From: Spirogloea muscicola
Taxonomy: Eukaryota
Direction: 5' to 3'
NCBI GenBank assembly: GCA_009602725.1
Contig: WELB01000023.1
Coordinates: 607,331 to 671,330 of the forward strand
Length of the DNA: 64,000 nt
The stretch's first letter is position 1. Each line of letters begins with the position of its first letter. Of this stretch, positions 1 through 11,408 are shown piece after piece. Made by a program: the position numbers and the translations under genes. The notes beneath the pieces were generated by a model that worked only from the letters and a program-made list of their open reading frames with translations, ran no database searches and had not been told where the DNA came from.

Positions 1-2067
1 GTCGCCGCCGGCGGCGGCGACGGCGGCGGCGCGAGCGGCGGGCGCGGGCGCCCAACGGTCGGGAGCGGGGGGGGGGGGGTCAAAAGTGTGAAAGTGCCGA
101 CCGGAAGGCCATCCTTCAAGGGCGGGGGGGCCGCTGCGGCCGGTCACGTGGCGGTCCCGTGGTGGGCTGCCCGTTCATGCCGGGCAGCCTTACGACAGGG
201 CCGCCTAAGGTTGATCGACGGTGGTGGCGGCGGTTACATCGAGGCGCTTTTCCTAGCACCGGCTGCCCGTCGAAGGCGGGCAGCCGAGCGGGGGTCTGGT
301 GGCGCCGACACCCACCATGTCTCAGCCCCATGTCTCAGCGGTGCGACACCTCGTCGCACCGCTTGCCAGCGTTCCCCCGCTGCACCTGGCCTGCTTAATT
401 CAGGGCAGGTGCAGGAGAGAGAGAGAGAGACTCTTTCAGGGTTATTGAGGCGATGGCTATGCAGGGCCAGCTCATTCAGAAACGTCGTGTGGCCACGTGA
501 TAATTGGCCTCCAGGAAGACGCCACAGTTGCTGTTACTGAGGAGGTCGTGGTTGCTCTGCAAAGCTAGCCCAACACGAACGGACATGGTCAAGGGCGAGC
601 CCAACACCAAATCACTAACTACTCTGCCACACATTTCTAGCCTTAATACCTCGGCGGTGTAGGCAGCACCTCCTTGTCCTGCCCAATTTTCGTGCATCCA
701 ACTAGCCTCCATATCTACAACAATCTCTAGCAGCAAGAAGTCATCTTGCGCGCCCTGCATATGCACCCCATAAAGTCTGTCCCTTGTAGAGCACTCATTA
801 TCTTGCAAGGATGTGAAATGGAAGAGAATGTGGCTCCCAACTAGGGAAACGGGCCAAGGGATGAAGGTCTTGCATATTGCTGGTTAGCAGATGGTACCGC
901 CTTCGCAAGTGCGCAGAGGTTGTAGGCTTCTGATTTGAGTTGAGGGAAAAGGGGACCTTTCCACAAAACCTCGAATATCAAATGCATCCTCGAATACAAC
1001 CCTGCTCTTTGCAAAATCCCTCACACTGCCGACCAGATGTGCTTGTGCTGTGGACATGGGTTGTCAGATCTGCATCGAAGTGTACTAGTACAGAAACGGA
1101 CCTCTTCTAACACAGAAATGTACTAGAGAAGGTGGCAAGATTCACATCTGAGCACGTGATCTCGCCCACACCCCTAATTCATTGTACTACCTCCTGTACA
1201 ACTGATATCCCATGACTCGCGGGCAGAGACTAAAACACGAATGCATCACCGAGGTGCAGCATGATCTCTCCTGCGTGAAGAAGTGAGGTGTTGGACGACA
1301 ATTCTCCTGGCATTTGAGTACAAGCGAACGGTCTCTCTGCTGCATGTAGTAGTCGTAGAGAGAGCAAAGCATGCAATTTCTCAAGTGGTTAACTTCTTAA
1401 ACCTCTGCAAGGGTTCGTTTGGATATTCTCGACTCAAGGCTCATGAATAGAATGGACTGCCAAATGTGATGCGCATGCCCTCCATCAGGTCTCACATTTA
1501 GTCGTAGTACCCTCTACTTTCAGCACGGACAGTGGCCCCCACACTGATTGTCGCCGCTCGTTGTGCTGCAGCCACTGCATAGCACCCACTCATAAAAGCA
1601 CCTAGATATGCAGTGCTCTTTGGATGAACTGAATCTCTAGAGGTCAGACTTGACGCACGCGGCAACTTTGAGTTTTGGATGACTGCCTCTGCCGTGCAAA
1701 AAGTGGACAAGCTGATAAGCAGGCAGCGCTCGTCTCAGGTCGTCTCAATGGTGGGTTTAGCCGAGCGTACAATGAAAGCCCCTGGGCCTTCTATTATCAT
1801 GTACAGCAACAAGCAGGCCAATCATCAGTACATCTGTCAGCAGCACACTCACACAGTGACTTACACAATGGCAAAGGGCATTCGTCATGCAGACATGAAA
1901 GCCGTTGTACAAGGAAACTTGGTAGAGTTGACCAATACTATAGCAGAACCAGGCCTTGCGACTGCTCTGATTACGTGCCTTTGTCATGCTATTGTCCACA
2001 TTCATGCCAAGCAGAGCTGAGCACAGATGATACTTTGGAGGAGGTTGACTTCCTCACAGGGCAGGTG

Positions 2068-3841
2068 CTAACCCTCGATGTATGGCGCAGCCTGGCCCAC
2101 TTGCTGGCCGCCCGCCTCTGTGTACTGCTCCTCCGCTTCGACCTCCTCCTCTCGCTTTGATGCTTTAGCGCCTCCCGTGGACCTGCGCACCTCGGGCGCG
2201 CCCACAAGGATGGCGACCTCCTCCTCCACCTCTTCCACCCTCACTGTCCGACTTAGCGGGCCGGGGGGTGGGATGACAGCAACCGTCCGGCACCGGGCAG
2301 ATTGCTGGACGTACACGACGCGAAAGAGATTCACGATAGCCGCAACAAGAATGCAGCCACTTCCTGCTACAAACAGCCTGCCCACTGTTGCCTGCCGCCA
2401 CCACGAAGGCCCCAACAGCACAGATGCCAAACCGAGTCAGCTTGCTGGTACGGCAAAGTGTTGGTTAGATCCAATTATACCTTACGCAACAGTCCGCCAT
2501 GCTCAACAATGCCTCGCTTTATCGACACCACCAGCAAACATGAAGCACGTCAACATGTCCGGTAGCTATGTGGCTCTTGCTCGAATGACAACTTGCCATA
2601 AAGTAGGTCCATAAGGTGCGTGTCTGGCGTTGGGCCAGGGTGAGGCATGCTACGTGCTGTCTATGGGGCGCGCTCATCGGGCAGCACCACGTCACAATGA
2701 GCACTATTGGAGCTGCTGCTGGTTGCAACAAAATCGCAGTTCCCACTCACCCTGGCTTGAAGCTCGGCAATGGGGGGCCACATCTGGAGGAGCATGAGGC
2801 CAGCAGCGAGGTAGAGCGAGCTGGCAACGATCAGCGGCAGCGCGGCGGCGTTCTGGAGGGTCTGTGCCGAAAGGTCGCCGCGCTCGTACACCTGGCAGGC
2901 GTTGTCCATGGCACCGAGCAGGAAGAAGACGGGCGCTGCCACTAGCAGCGCGCGCGCATGGGCTTGGAGGCCCTCCACAGCAGTGTCACCGCGGGCAGGG
3001 CTTGTGACCTGCGACAACAAGCGTTGTGCAATTGACGACCAGACGTGGACAGCAACCACTAAAGGGCCACGCTTTTGCAGCTGCCCCGATTGCTTATTGC
3101 TATTGATGCATGGACGGTCTGCTGCCATGGCCTCCTTACAGCTTGTGCTTAACTCCAGCAGCGCTTGACAAGCAGCTAAAGAGCGAGAGACAGAGCAGGG
3201 CCGGCTGCTGACATACGTAGAGGAGCAGACCAAAGGCGGTGGCGTACAGCAGCGCCCCAATGGTGTGCAGAAGCGGTGCGAGGGCCTCGACAAGCGCGAG
3301 CTGCGGATCGAGCGTCAGCAGCGGTAGCTGGAAGTCAAATCCTGCGCTCGCAATGTTGCACACATGAGCAGAGGGCCACACAGATTCATGTCTCCGACAC
3401 GACCAATCTGCCGCATGCAAGGATCAGAGGCAAGAGAAACCAAGGGCAAAGGCACGTCTGGAGACCATGCTGCCAATAAGCCAGCACACGGCGGTGCTGG
3501 AGGACACTGCTTCAGCTGCTACTATCAGCCATCATCCGAAACGAGTAACTTAGGAGGTCATGGTCTCTCAAGCCAGTCCGAGCATGTGATCAGCTCGGCG
3601 GCCGACCTGCGAGTTGCGCGTAAAGGTCATGCAGGTTGACGATGACGAGGAGGACGACGCCGAGGAAGAGCATCCAGAGCGCGACGCGGTCGCCGTCGAA
3701 CTGCGGCAGGCTGACGATGCTGCCGGCGAGCAGGAACATGGCAGCCAGGACGTAGAGGTACGAGTTGGCGACCTCGCCGAGCTCGTCGAGCGGCGGCACG
3801 CCGTACTGCCGCGTGCCTCGCGCCGACATGAGCTTCACCAT
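2068..3841 (-). CDS. Conserved plant multi-pass membrane protein of unknown function (about 4 exons)
   Basis: Spliced peptides MVKLMSARGTRQYG...ANSYLYVLAAMFLLAG...IVNLHDLYAQLAG / FDFQLPLLTLDPQLALVEALAPLL / ...APVFFLLGAMDNACQVYERGD / ...GSGCILVAAIVNLFRV. These resemble a land-plant family I recall beginning MVKLASARE..YG. Several hydrophobic segments and GT-AG boundaries are present. The 3' end is uncertain. Confidence 0.8.
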
Positions 3842-4928
3842 CGGAGCTCGGCGGCGAGGCGTGAGAAGGTCGTTGGCGGCCTCGCGAAGCAGCGCGAGGA
3901 GCAGACAGGCCGAGAGCCTGGGCACGGCGGGTACGGCAGGCCCGCTGGCCCTCGCCGGCCTGGCGATCACGCAGCCAGGGCGGCGCTTGCGCCGCCGGTG
4001 GCGCCTGCGGGCTGCCGGCAGCGGCGGCGGCGGTGGCGGCGGTGGCGATGGCGATGGCGGCGGCGGCGGCCGGCGGCGGCGGGGAGGCTGCAGGAGGGCC
4101 TGCATGCAGGAGGCCCAGCAGGGGCTGACGCTGACGCAGCGCTGGGCCGCCCCTCCCCTCAGAGGTTGCAGGTTCGAGTCGTGGGAGAGTGGATGAGGAG
4201 CGGCACCGACTTTTTGGAGGCAATAGCTGATACGTGGGCGAATGGGCTCCGGACCGGAACCGGGGCCTCGGGTGGGACCCGCCACATGGAACCGGGTAGA
4301 TCGAGAAATGACGGGGGCACCACCTCAGCGCCCCCAAATGCGCCCCCCGTTTCCCGGATTGAATTGGCTAACCCCTTAAAGCCGTGCGCAAACCGGGCCC
4401 GGTCGGACCAGCCGGTCGCATGTGTCGGGCAGACCGACGGTAGTCAGCAGGGTGCCCGACGGCGCCGCGCCGCAGCGGGCTCGCCAGCCCACAAAGCCGT
4501 GAGGGGCGTGGCCGAGATGACCCCGTGAATCGAATCCGTTGCCGGACAAAGGGCGGGTGGCAGGGCAATCCCGGGGGTTTTGTCCCCCGCAAACCACCCT
4601 CCCGCCTCCCCACTNNNNNNNNNNNNNNNNNNNNNNNNNNNNNNNNNNNNNNNNNNNNNNNNNNNNNNNNNNNNNNNNNNNNNNNNNNNNNNNNNNNNNN
4701 NNNNNNNNNNNNNNNNNNNNNNNNNNNNNNNNNNNNNNNNNNNNNNNNNNNNNNNNNNNNNNNNNNNNNNNNNNNNNNNNNNNNNNNNNNNNNNNNNNNN
4801 NNNNNNNNNNNNNNNNNNNNNNNNNNNNNNNNNNNNNNNNNNNNNNNNNNNNNNNNNNNNNNNNNNNNNNNNNNNNNNNNNNNNNNNNNNNNNNNNNNNN
4901 NNNNNNNNNNNNNNNNNNNNNNNNNNNN

Positions 4929-7403
4929 CGGGGCCGACCGGCCGTTGCCGCTGCCGTCGCCGGCCTCGCCCTCGCCGCCCGCCGCCAACGGCCTCGCCAT
5001 CGACGCCGCCGCCGCCTCGCCGTCGCCGCTGCCGCGCAACGTCTACGGCCGCCAGCGCCGGCACCTCGCGCGCCACCTCCAGCGCCTCCACTCCCATGTA
5101 CGCCGCAGCAGTCCTTCCGCCTCCCTCCTTCCTCACATACCCCCTCCCATCTGCGAGCTCTTGGTCTGCCGCAACCATTGATGGCCGGCTAGCGCAACCG
5201 AGCAGGTGCGGCTGTGGCCGGCCGGCGACGGCGCATCGCTGCTGCTTCAGCTGTCGCTGCTGTGCCTGCTGGCCATCCTCGGCCTGCGGGCGTGGCGCCT
5301 GATGGGCGCGTCGCCGGCTGACACCGCGCACGCCTGGATGGACTCCAAGGTGAGTGCCCCTGCTGCGCTTCTCCTGCCCCACCAACGTCGTCCTTCCTCC
5401 CTCCTCGCCATCTCCGCCGCAGTGCCGCTGCGCTGACGAGCGTGGGTGGCGGGGTCTGCGCCAGGGACAAGTGTTCAACAGCGGCGAGGCGCACCGGCTG
5501 GTGTGCCGGCCCAAGGCCGCGGCGCTGCTGGAGCAGCTGCAGGACCCCGCCCACCAGCTCGCCATCCAGTGGGTGCTCAGCTGGCGCGACCGCCTCACGG
5601 GCCACCTCGCCGATGCCATCCTCCGCCGCTTCCGCGAGGAGCACGGCGGCGCCGCCGGCTTCGCAGCCGTGCCATCGCCGCGCCCGGCAACAAACGCCCG
5701 CCGCTTGCTCGGCGACTCGAGCGCAGCGCCCGCCACCGCAGGCGGGGAGGCGACCGCCGACCTCCTCGGGGACGGGGATCCGGCCATGCCTCCTGGAGCA
5801 GCAGCGGAGGAGGGCGGCTCTGCAACTAGTGGCGATGGAGCAGTGCCGGCGGCTACGGCAGCGGCCCTGCCAACGGTCGTGATCTTTGCGGGCGTGGAAG
5901 GCAGCGGCCACAAGTTCTTCGAGCAGGTCTTCCGCAACCTGCCCGTCAACTTCACCGTCGTCCAGTTCGAGCCCGAGCTCCACCTCACCTCGCTCGACTC
6001 CCAGGTCCTCCTCCCCTCCTCCCTCCTTCCATTTTAAATCCTGTGCTCTGCCTTGTATCTGCCCCTTGCGGCGATGCGGCTGGCTAGCGGCAGCCACGGT
6101 CTTCATGCTATGCACGGGCAAGTTCGCGCTGCCGAGGCGGCAGCATTTGCTGACGGGGGCAGCCGTGGCCATGAGGTCTCTGCAGTTTGTGTCGAAGGAG
6201 GCCAAGAGCAAGGCGGCGGCGGACAGCGGCTGCCCGAAGCTGCCATACGCACGGCCGCTCGTGGAGTATGTGCGCGAGATGTCGCTCCGCCTCGCAGCCG
6301 CTGGCAAGGGTAGAGCTGCCGGCCTCACCTCGCGCTATCTCCTTCCTCTCCGCGTATCATCGTCTGCCAAGCATCCCAGAATCTTGTGACCTCACTACCT
6401 CCTCCCTCGTCCAGGCCCGTACCTGCGTGCACGTGACTCCTACCCGATGGGCCGCGTGCGCACGCCGCTGGCCCGTCCCGACCTCGTCAGCTTCCTGGAG
6501 CTGGATGGCCTGCTCTTCAAGCTCAAGGTGGTCGTGATCATGCGCAACCTTGCTGCTGCCGTGCGCTCCGCGTTCCGTGCAGGCTATCACAGCGATGACC
6601 TCGGCCTCCAGGTCTGTTGCTCTCTCCCTCTCTCCATGCTTTCTAAATCTCTTCAGCCTCTCTGCCCTCGCACTTCTTTTTCTGCTAGCTCTCTTGTGCT
6701 TCGGTTGCTCATCACTCCTCCTTCTACCCGTCCTCGTCCCTGCTGCTTTTGCCTTCCTACTTCCACTTTCTTCACCTTCCTCCGTGCCTCCTTCCACACC
6801 CACCTCCCCCCACTTTCCTCCCTCTCCTCTTCATCAATTTCTCCCTATCTTTCCTACTCTCAGTGCAATGCATGTCTTCTGGTATATCGGCAGTTCTGTA
6901 TCCGTCCTTACCAGCACCACATCTCTGCCAGGTGCGGATTGTTGAAGATGAGATGGTGTACCTGGACGCCAGCGTGCGCATGCTGCCCTGTGGATCATAC
7001 ATCGTGCTCGACTTTGACAAGGTCCTTGAGCGGCCTGAGGTACTTCGCCCCTATGTCTCTCCTCCTTTTGGGTGGGCTCAGCGATCGCTGCCAGCTCTCC
7101 TCCCTCTCTCCTGCTCCTCGATCATTCCACTGACAGCGCTGTGCCGGGCTGCCGCAGCTACTCGCCGGTGGCATGGCGGACTTCTTGGAGCTGGACTTGA
7201 GCGTGGGCGACGTGGAGAGCGCGGTGCGCACGGCGCGGAGCACGCAGCCGCGGCACCACAACGACACCATGCCGCTGTTTGGCAGCCAGCGGCTGGACGA
7301 CTTCTTCGCCTTCCGCCGCTCCATGTGGCCGCTGCTCGCGGCCGCGGAGGCCGCGCCCTACTTCTACCCACTGCGCCCCAACGACTGGCCCCGCATCCTC
7401 TGA
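4929..7403 (+). CDS. Sulfotransferase-like type II membrane protein (5' end in N gap)
   Basis: N-terminal TM segment (LLLQLSLLCLLAILGL), Ala/Gly-rich stem, PAPS-loop-like VIFAGVEGSGHKFF, SYPMG...RPDL, 3'-PB-like KVVVIMRN....VRSAFR, and YIVLDFDKVLERPE. Exons join at GT-AG sites. Stop at 7401-7403. The gene is clear; the family assignment is inference. Confidence 0.6.
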
Positions 7404-8007
7404 CGCCCCCATGTCAAGCCCTCAGAGCCCAACTTCTCATACCTCGAAGCCTTCAGCCTTGACTTACTTGACGTTGGACTGAGACCAAGCTTCGTCTTCT
7501 AAAAACCCAGCTCCTCTAGGCAGCCTTCTCAGCAGCTTATTCAGCAGCACGAGCTCAGCTCGGTGTGCACCACACCAATGATGCACGCCCCGCCCCCTCA
7601 TCCTCGCCTGGCTAGCTCCTGGCGGGGCCACTTGCATCAGCCAAGTGCGAAGTGGCAGCGTGCATCCAGTGCAGGCCAAGCATCTGTGGACAATAACGTA
7701 ACCACAAGCATGCTCCAGCCTGCCCAGAACTTGCATACCATCCTAAGGCACTCCGCCAGTCGAGGCTTGCAACAATGGCGATGTGAAAGTCGCGCATCCT
7801 TCCTTGTAGTCTCAGAAGCAGCATAATCTGCTGCTGGTTGTATCATTCTTGAGCCCATGGATACAACAACCATCTGAGCCCGAGCTTAGCTTCTCCACCT
7901 ACTAGCCTTTATTGAAGGATATAGCAGCAACTGGAGGCCCTGCCATTGCACAGTACTGCTGCGAGCCACGGCCATGGCACATCATAGTAGTGTTGTCGGT
8001 TGAGCGC

Positions 8008-10899
8008 TCATGGATCCGGAGGAGGCCAGCCAAGAGCAGCCCAAGTGGCAGCCATGTGCCGAGGCAGCGGTGCGGTCACGCGCAGGGTGCGGCTTGCAGC
8101 TCGACCCGCGCTGAAGCGCTGCGCGAGATCTGGCAGCATAAGCTGGCGGCAGTGGAGGTGCAGGCCAGGCTCGGGTGGCAATACTCCAACATGGCCTGTC
8201 CTCGAGCAGGCCTCCGCCGGCCGCCAGCCATACCGCCTATCGCCGATGATGGGCATCCCCAAGGCGGAGGCACAGTGCACTCGCAGCTGACAGAAGAATG
8301 CAAAGGGTGCTGTCAGCACAGAAACTTTGCGGTGGCATTCACCTGTCTCGATGGCCATGCAAGGTTCCCGCGCAACTTTCTAGATGCAGAGTCGGGATTG
8401 CTGCAGCACGACAACCAAGAAAGAGCAGCGCACAGCTGACCTGATGCTTGCGTCCTGTGAGCGGCCGCAGCTCCAAGAGCGTGATGCCTGGGCTCGGCAG
8501 CAGGCAGAGCTCAGCCGCCAGTCAGGCTCGGCAGAGGGCAGCTCATTGGCTGTAGCTTGCTGATTCTCCTGGCAGAATGAGAAATGTGGAGGACTTGTGG
8601 AACTGTGGCACTTGGGTGCAAGGGTGATGATCAAGGAGCAAAAGCAGATTGGAAGGAAAGCGGCGGGCCAGAAGGACCTTGAGGGCTGGTCGCAAGAATG
8701 GCGTATCTTGTCAGCGCTGCTCGAGAGCCAGGCAAGGACTCGTGGGCTACCACAATGCGGTCGGAGCCCCCGTCGTCCAGCACAACCTGTTGGGTTGTGC
8801 AGCGGCCTGAATTATGCAACTCTGAAGATGACATCGTGGAGGAGCAGAACTTTGTAGATGTTTGGCCCCTTTGCAGACCTTGGTAACGAGCAACCGAAAT
8901 GTCAGCATCTAAGGTGGTGCTACAAGTCATGCTTCTTTATTCACTTGGCTTCAACTCTGGCCAAGATATTGCTGAGAGATGCGCGAATGCTTGTACTTAC
9001 TCTGAGGAGCGGCGCATCAATGAGACCGGCAGCTCTGGCAGGCCGCCCAGCCACCACCGCCCAGTACTTCCGCTGAAAATCCTCGTCAGCATCCTCCTGC
9101 TCGGACAAGATGGACGGTGCAGCCTCGGCTCAGATAGACATACTGTGAAATCAATTCTTGACTATTCAGAATACATAAACCAAGGTTTCCGCTTACTAAG
9201 CTAAGCAACACCTTGCAATCACGTGCCAGAATTACCACTTTGGCAAACTGAGTCGACTGTGCAGTCAGAGCACTGATGGACGCTCTGCTTGCTGTAGCCG
9301 GCACTCTGCAAGTGAGTGCTGGCAAGAGCGGGCGCTGACTGATTACAGGCGCGCCGAGGCTCGCCAAGGCCGTCTTCTCCCGCACGTGCGCGTGCAGGGC
9401 AACTGCTGCGCGGCGGGTCCGTGCAAGCACCATTGCGCCACTAGTGTCCTTGTCCAGCCTGTGTACCTGTAGCAGGCACACAAGCCAGGGCGTCAAGCAG
9501 AGACGAGGCAAAAAGCGGGCAAGTTGTCAGCTGATAACCAACGATGCGATTGCCGATAACGTCAGCACAAGGATGAGATGGTGATGGGCACCGTGGCCGA
9601 CCAGCCGGGGCCCGCCCTCAGGGCTGCCGTATGCCAGTGCGGTGGCCATGAGGGAGTCCAGGCTTCTCGCCACCTTGGTACCTCCCTGCATGCAAGTTCA
9701 TGGGCAGCCAAGCCCGCCAGATCGAATTACATCAAGGGGCCTCCACATAACCAGAACCAATTGCTGCTAAATAGATAGAGCTTGAAGCGCGGTGCACACT
9801 GCCAATGGCGGCGGACGTGGAGGGCGCACCTGCGATGCCAGGCCAGCGGGCTTGTTGATCACCAGCACCTCCTCGTCCTTGTGCAGCACCAGTGCGCGGA
9901 GCCAGCTGGCATGACTGCTGCCAGCATCGCCGGCGGACGCCGATGAGGGCCTCCTTCGGCTGCTCCCGGCGGCGGGCGGCCCGTCGGTGCTGGCGCCGTC
10001 ATCGGGAAGCAGCGGCACCGACAGGACAGCACCCTCAGCCAGCATCTCCGCCTTACCAACCTGGCCGACGACAGACAGAGGCATAAGAGTGACACCTGAG
10101 TCATTGCGCGGCGTTGTCTGTTGATGTAGAGACCCACGTAAACGGCATGGGCGAATGACGACAGCTGCAGCTCAGCGGCCAATGCCATGGCATTGGCAGC
10201 CCGCCATGGCTGTACCAACCCAAAATCCCGGAGCTTGGCAAGAGCTGCCAAGCTCGGCAGATTGACATTTGAAGCTGGATGGCACCAAGTTGAGCTAGCT
10301 GCAGGCGCGGCCTCCACTTACCCTCCTCCAAGTGGGCTTGCTGTGGGCGGCCTCTGCCGTGGTGCTGGCGCCGGGGGCCTCGAGCAGCCGGACCTGCGCC
10401 GCCAGCTGCCGAGGAGTCAGTCGCACAGGCTGGCCTTGGAGAGCCGAGGCCTAAACCCATGGAGCCGGAAACCTAGCCTTAAACCCTCGCACCTCCGGAC
10501 CCCTCTGACGGTCGTCCTGCCAAGTGGCGCTATCGGGCTTGGACGTTAGCTTGGCCCGCTGAGGCTTCGCCGCGGCGACGGCCACCAGACCTGGCGCTTG
10601 CGGAACAGCCGGTGGACGGCGGCCTGCGGGACGCCCGGGCAGCTCCGCCGCACCCACTGCAGCGCCGTGGGGCCGCCCGCGCCGCCTCCGCCGGCNNNNN
10701 NNNNNNNNNNNNNNNNNNNNNNNNNNNNNNNNNNNNNNNNNNNNNNNNNNNNNNNNNNNNNNNNNNNNNNNNNNNNNNNNNNNNNNNNNNNNNNNNNNNN
10801 NNNNNNNNNNNNNNNNNNNNNNNNNNNGCCGCCGCCGCGGGCGCCGCCGCCGCGGGCGCGGGGCGCGGCAGGGAGCGGGGGCGAGGGTGCTGCGGTCAT
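8008..10899 (-). CDS. RluA/RluC/RluD-family RNA pseudouridine synthase, probably organellar
   Basis: Motifs VLHKDEEVLVINKPAGLASQ, catalytic VHRLDKDTSGAMVLART, QLRVHCASALGMPIIGDRRYG, LHLHCRQL and APLPRHM; S4-like WVRRSCPGVPQAAVHRLFRKRQV. Start is uncertain because of the N gap at 10696-10827. Confidence 0.9.
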
Positions 10900-11408
10900 G
10901 GAGGGTGGCAGAGGGGCAGTGAAGCTCCCCAAGTGTGCAGGCGGGCGGAGCGCACGAAATGAAAAGCGTGGTCAATTCATGCCAGCACATTGCTCGGTGA
11001 AGAGCTTAGTGCAGAAAGTGGGTACAGAATAAACGTTACGCCCCTCTGAGCTGAGCTACGCAGGGCTTTCTGGGGGCGATCCTGCGTCGAGCCTGCGTCG
11101 AGCTCGACGCGCAGTCCTCTGCGGGGTCGGCCCCCACTTCCCAGCCGGGGGGCGAGAGCCCGAGCTCTCCCACCCTCTCGCCGCGCTCTCCCCGCCGGAG
11201 GGACCGGCAGAGGACGGCGTTGGGACTTCCTCAGGGCTTAGGGCCCAGGGAACGCAATTTCAGTCCCCGCCGTGTCACCTCCCTCTCCCCCGCCGCACCG
11301 CCGCCGCCGCCGCCGCCGTCGTTGCCCCCTCCGCCGCCGCCGCCGTCGTCATCGCCGCAGCCGCCGCCGCAAATCTTCCTTCCGCCTGTGCAGCCCGCCG
11401 CCGCCGCC

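Noticed and set aside
476..2020. Short ORFs, including a RVVFEDAFDIRGFVE peptide on the minus strand near 960-1000
   Set aside because: I could not build a consistent exon chain or recognise a domain; it may be a decayed gene or TE but is unsupported.
4444..5988. Long ORFs such as the 514 aa minus-strand ORF and other Arg/Ala/Pro-rich ORFs
   Set aside because: They are antisense or off-frame shadows of GC-rich exons, often read through Ns, and show no domain motifs.
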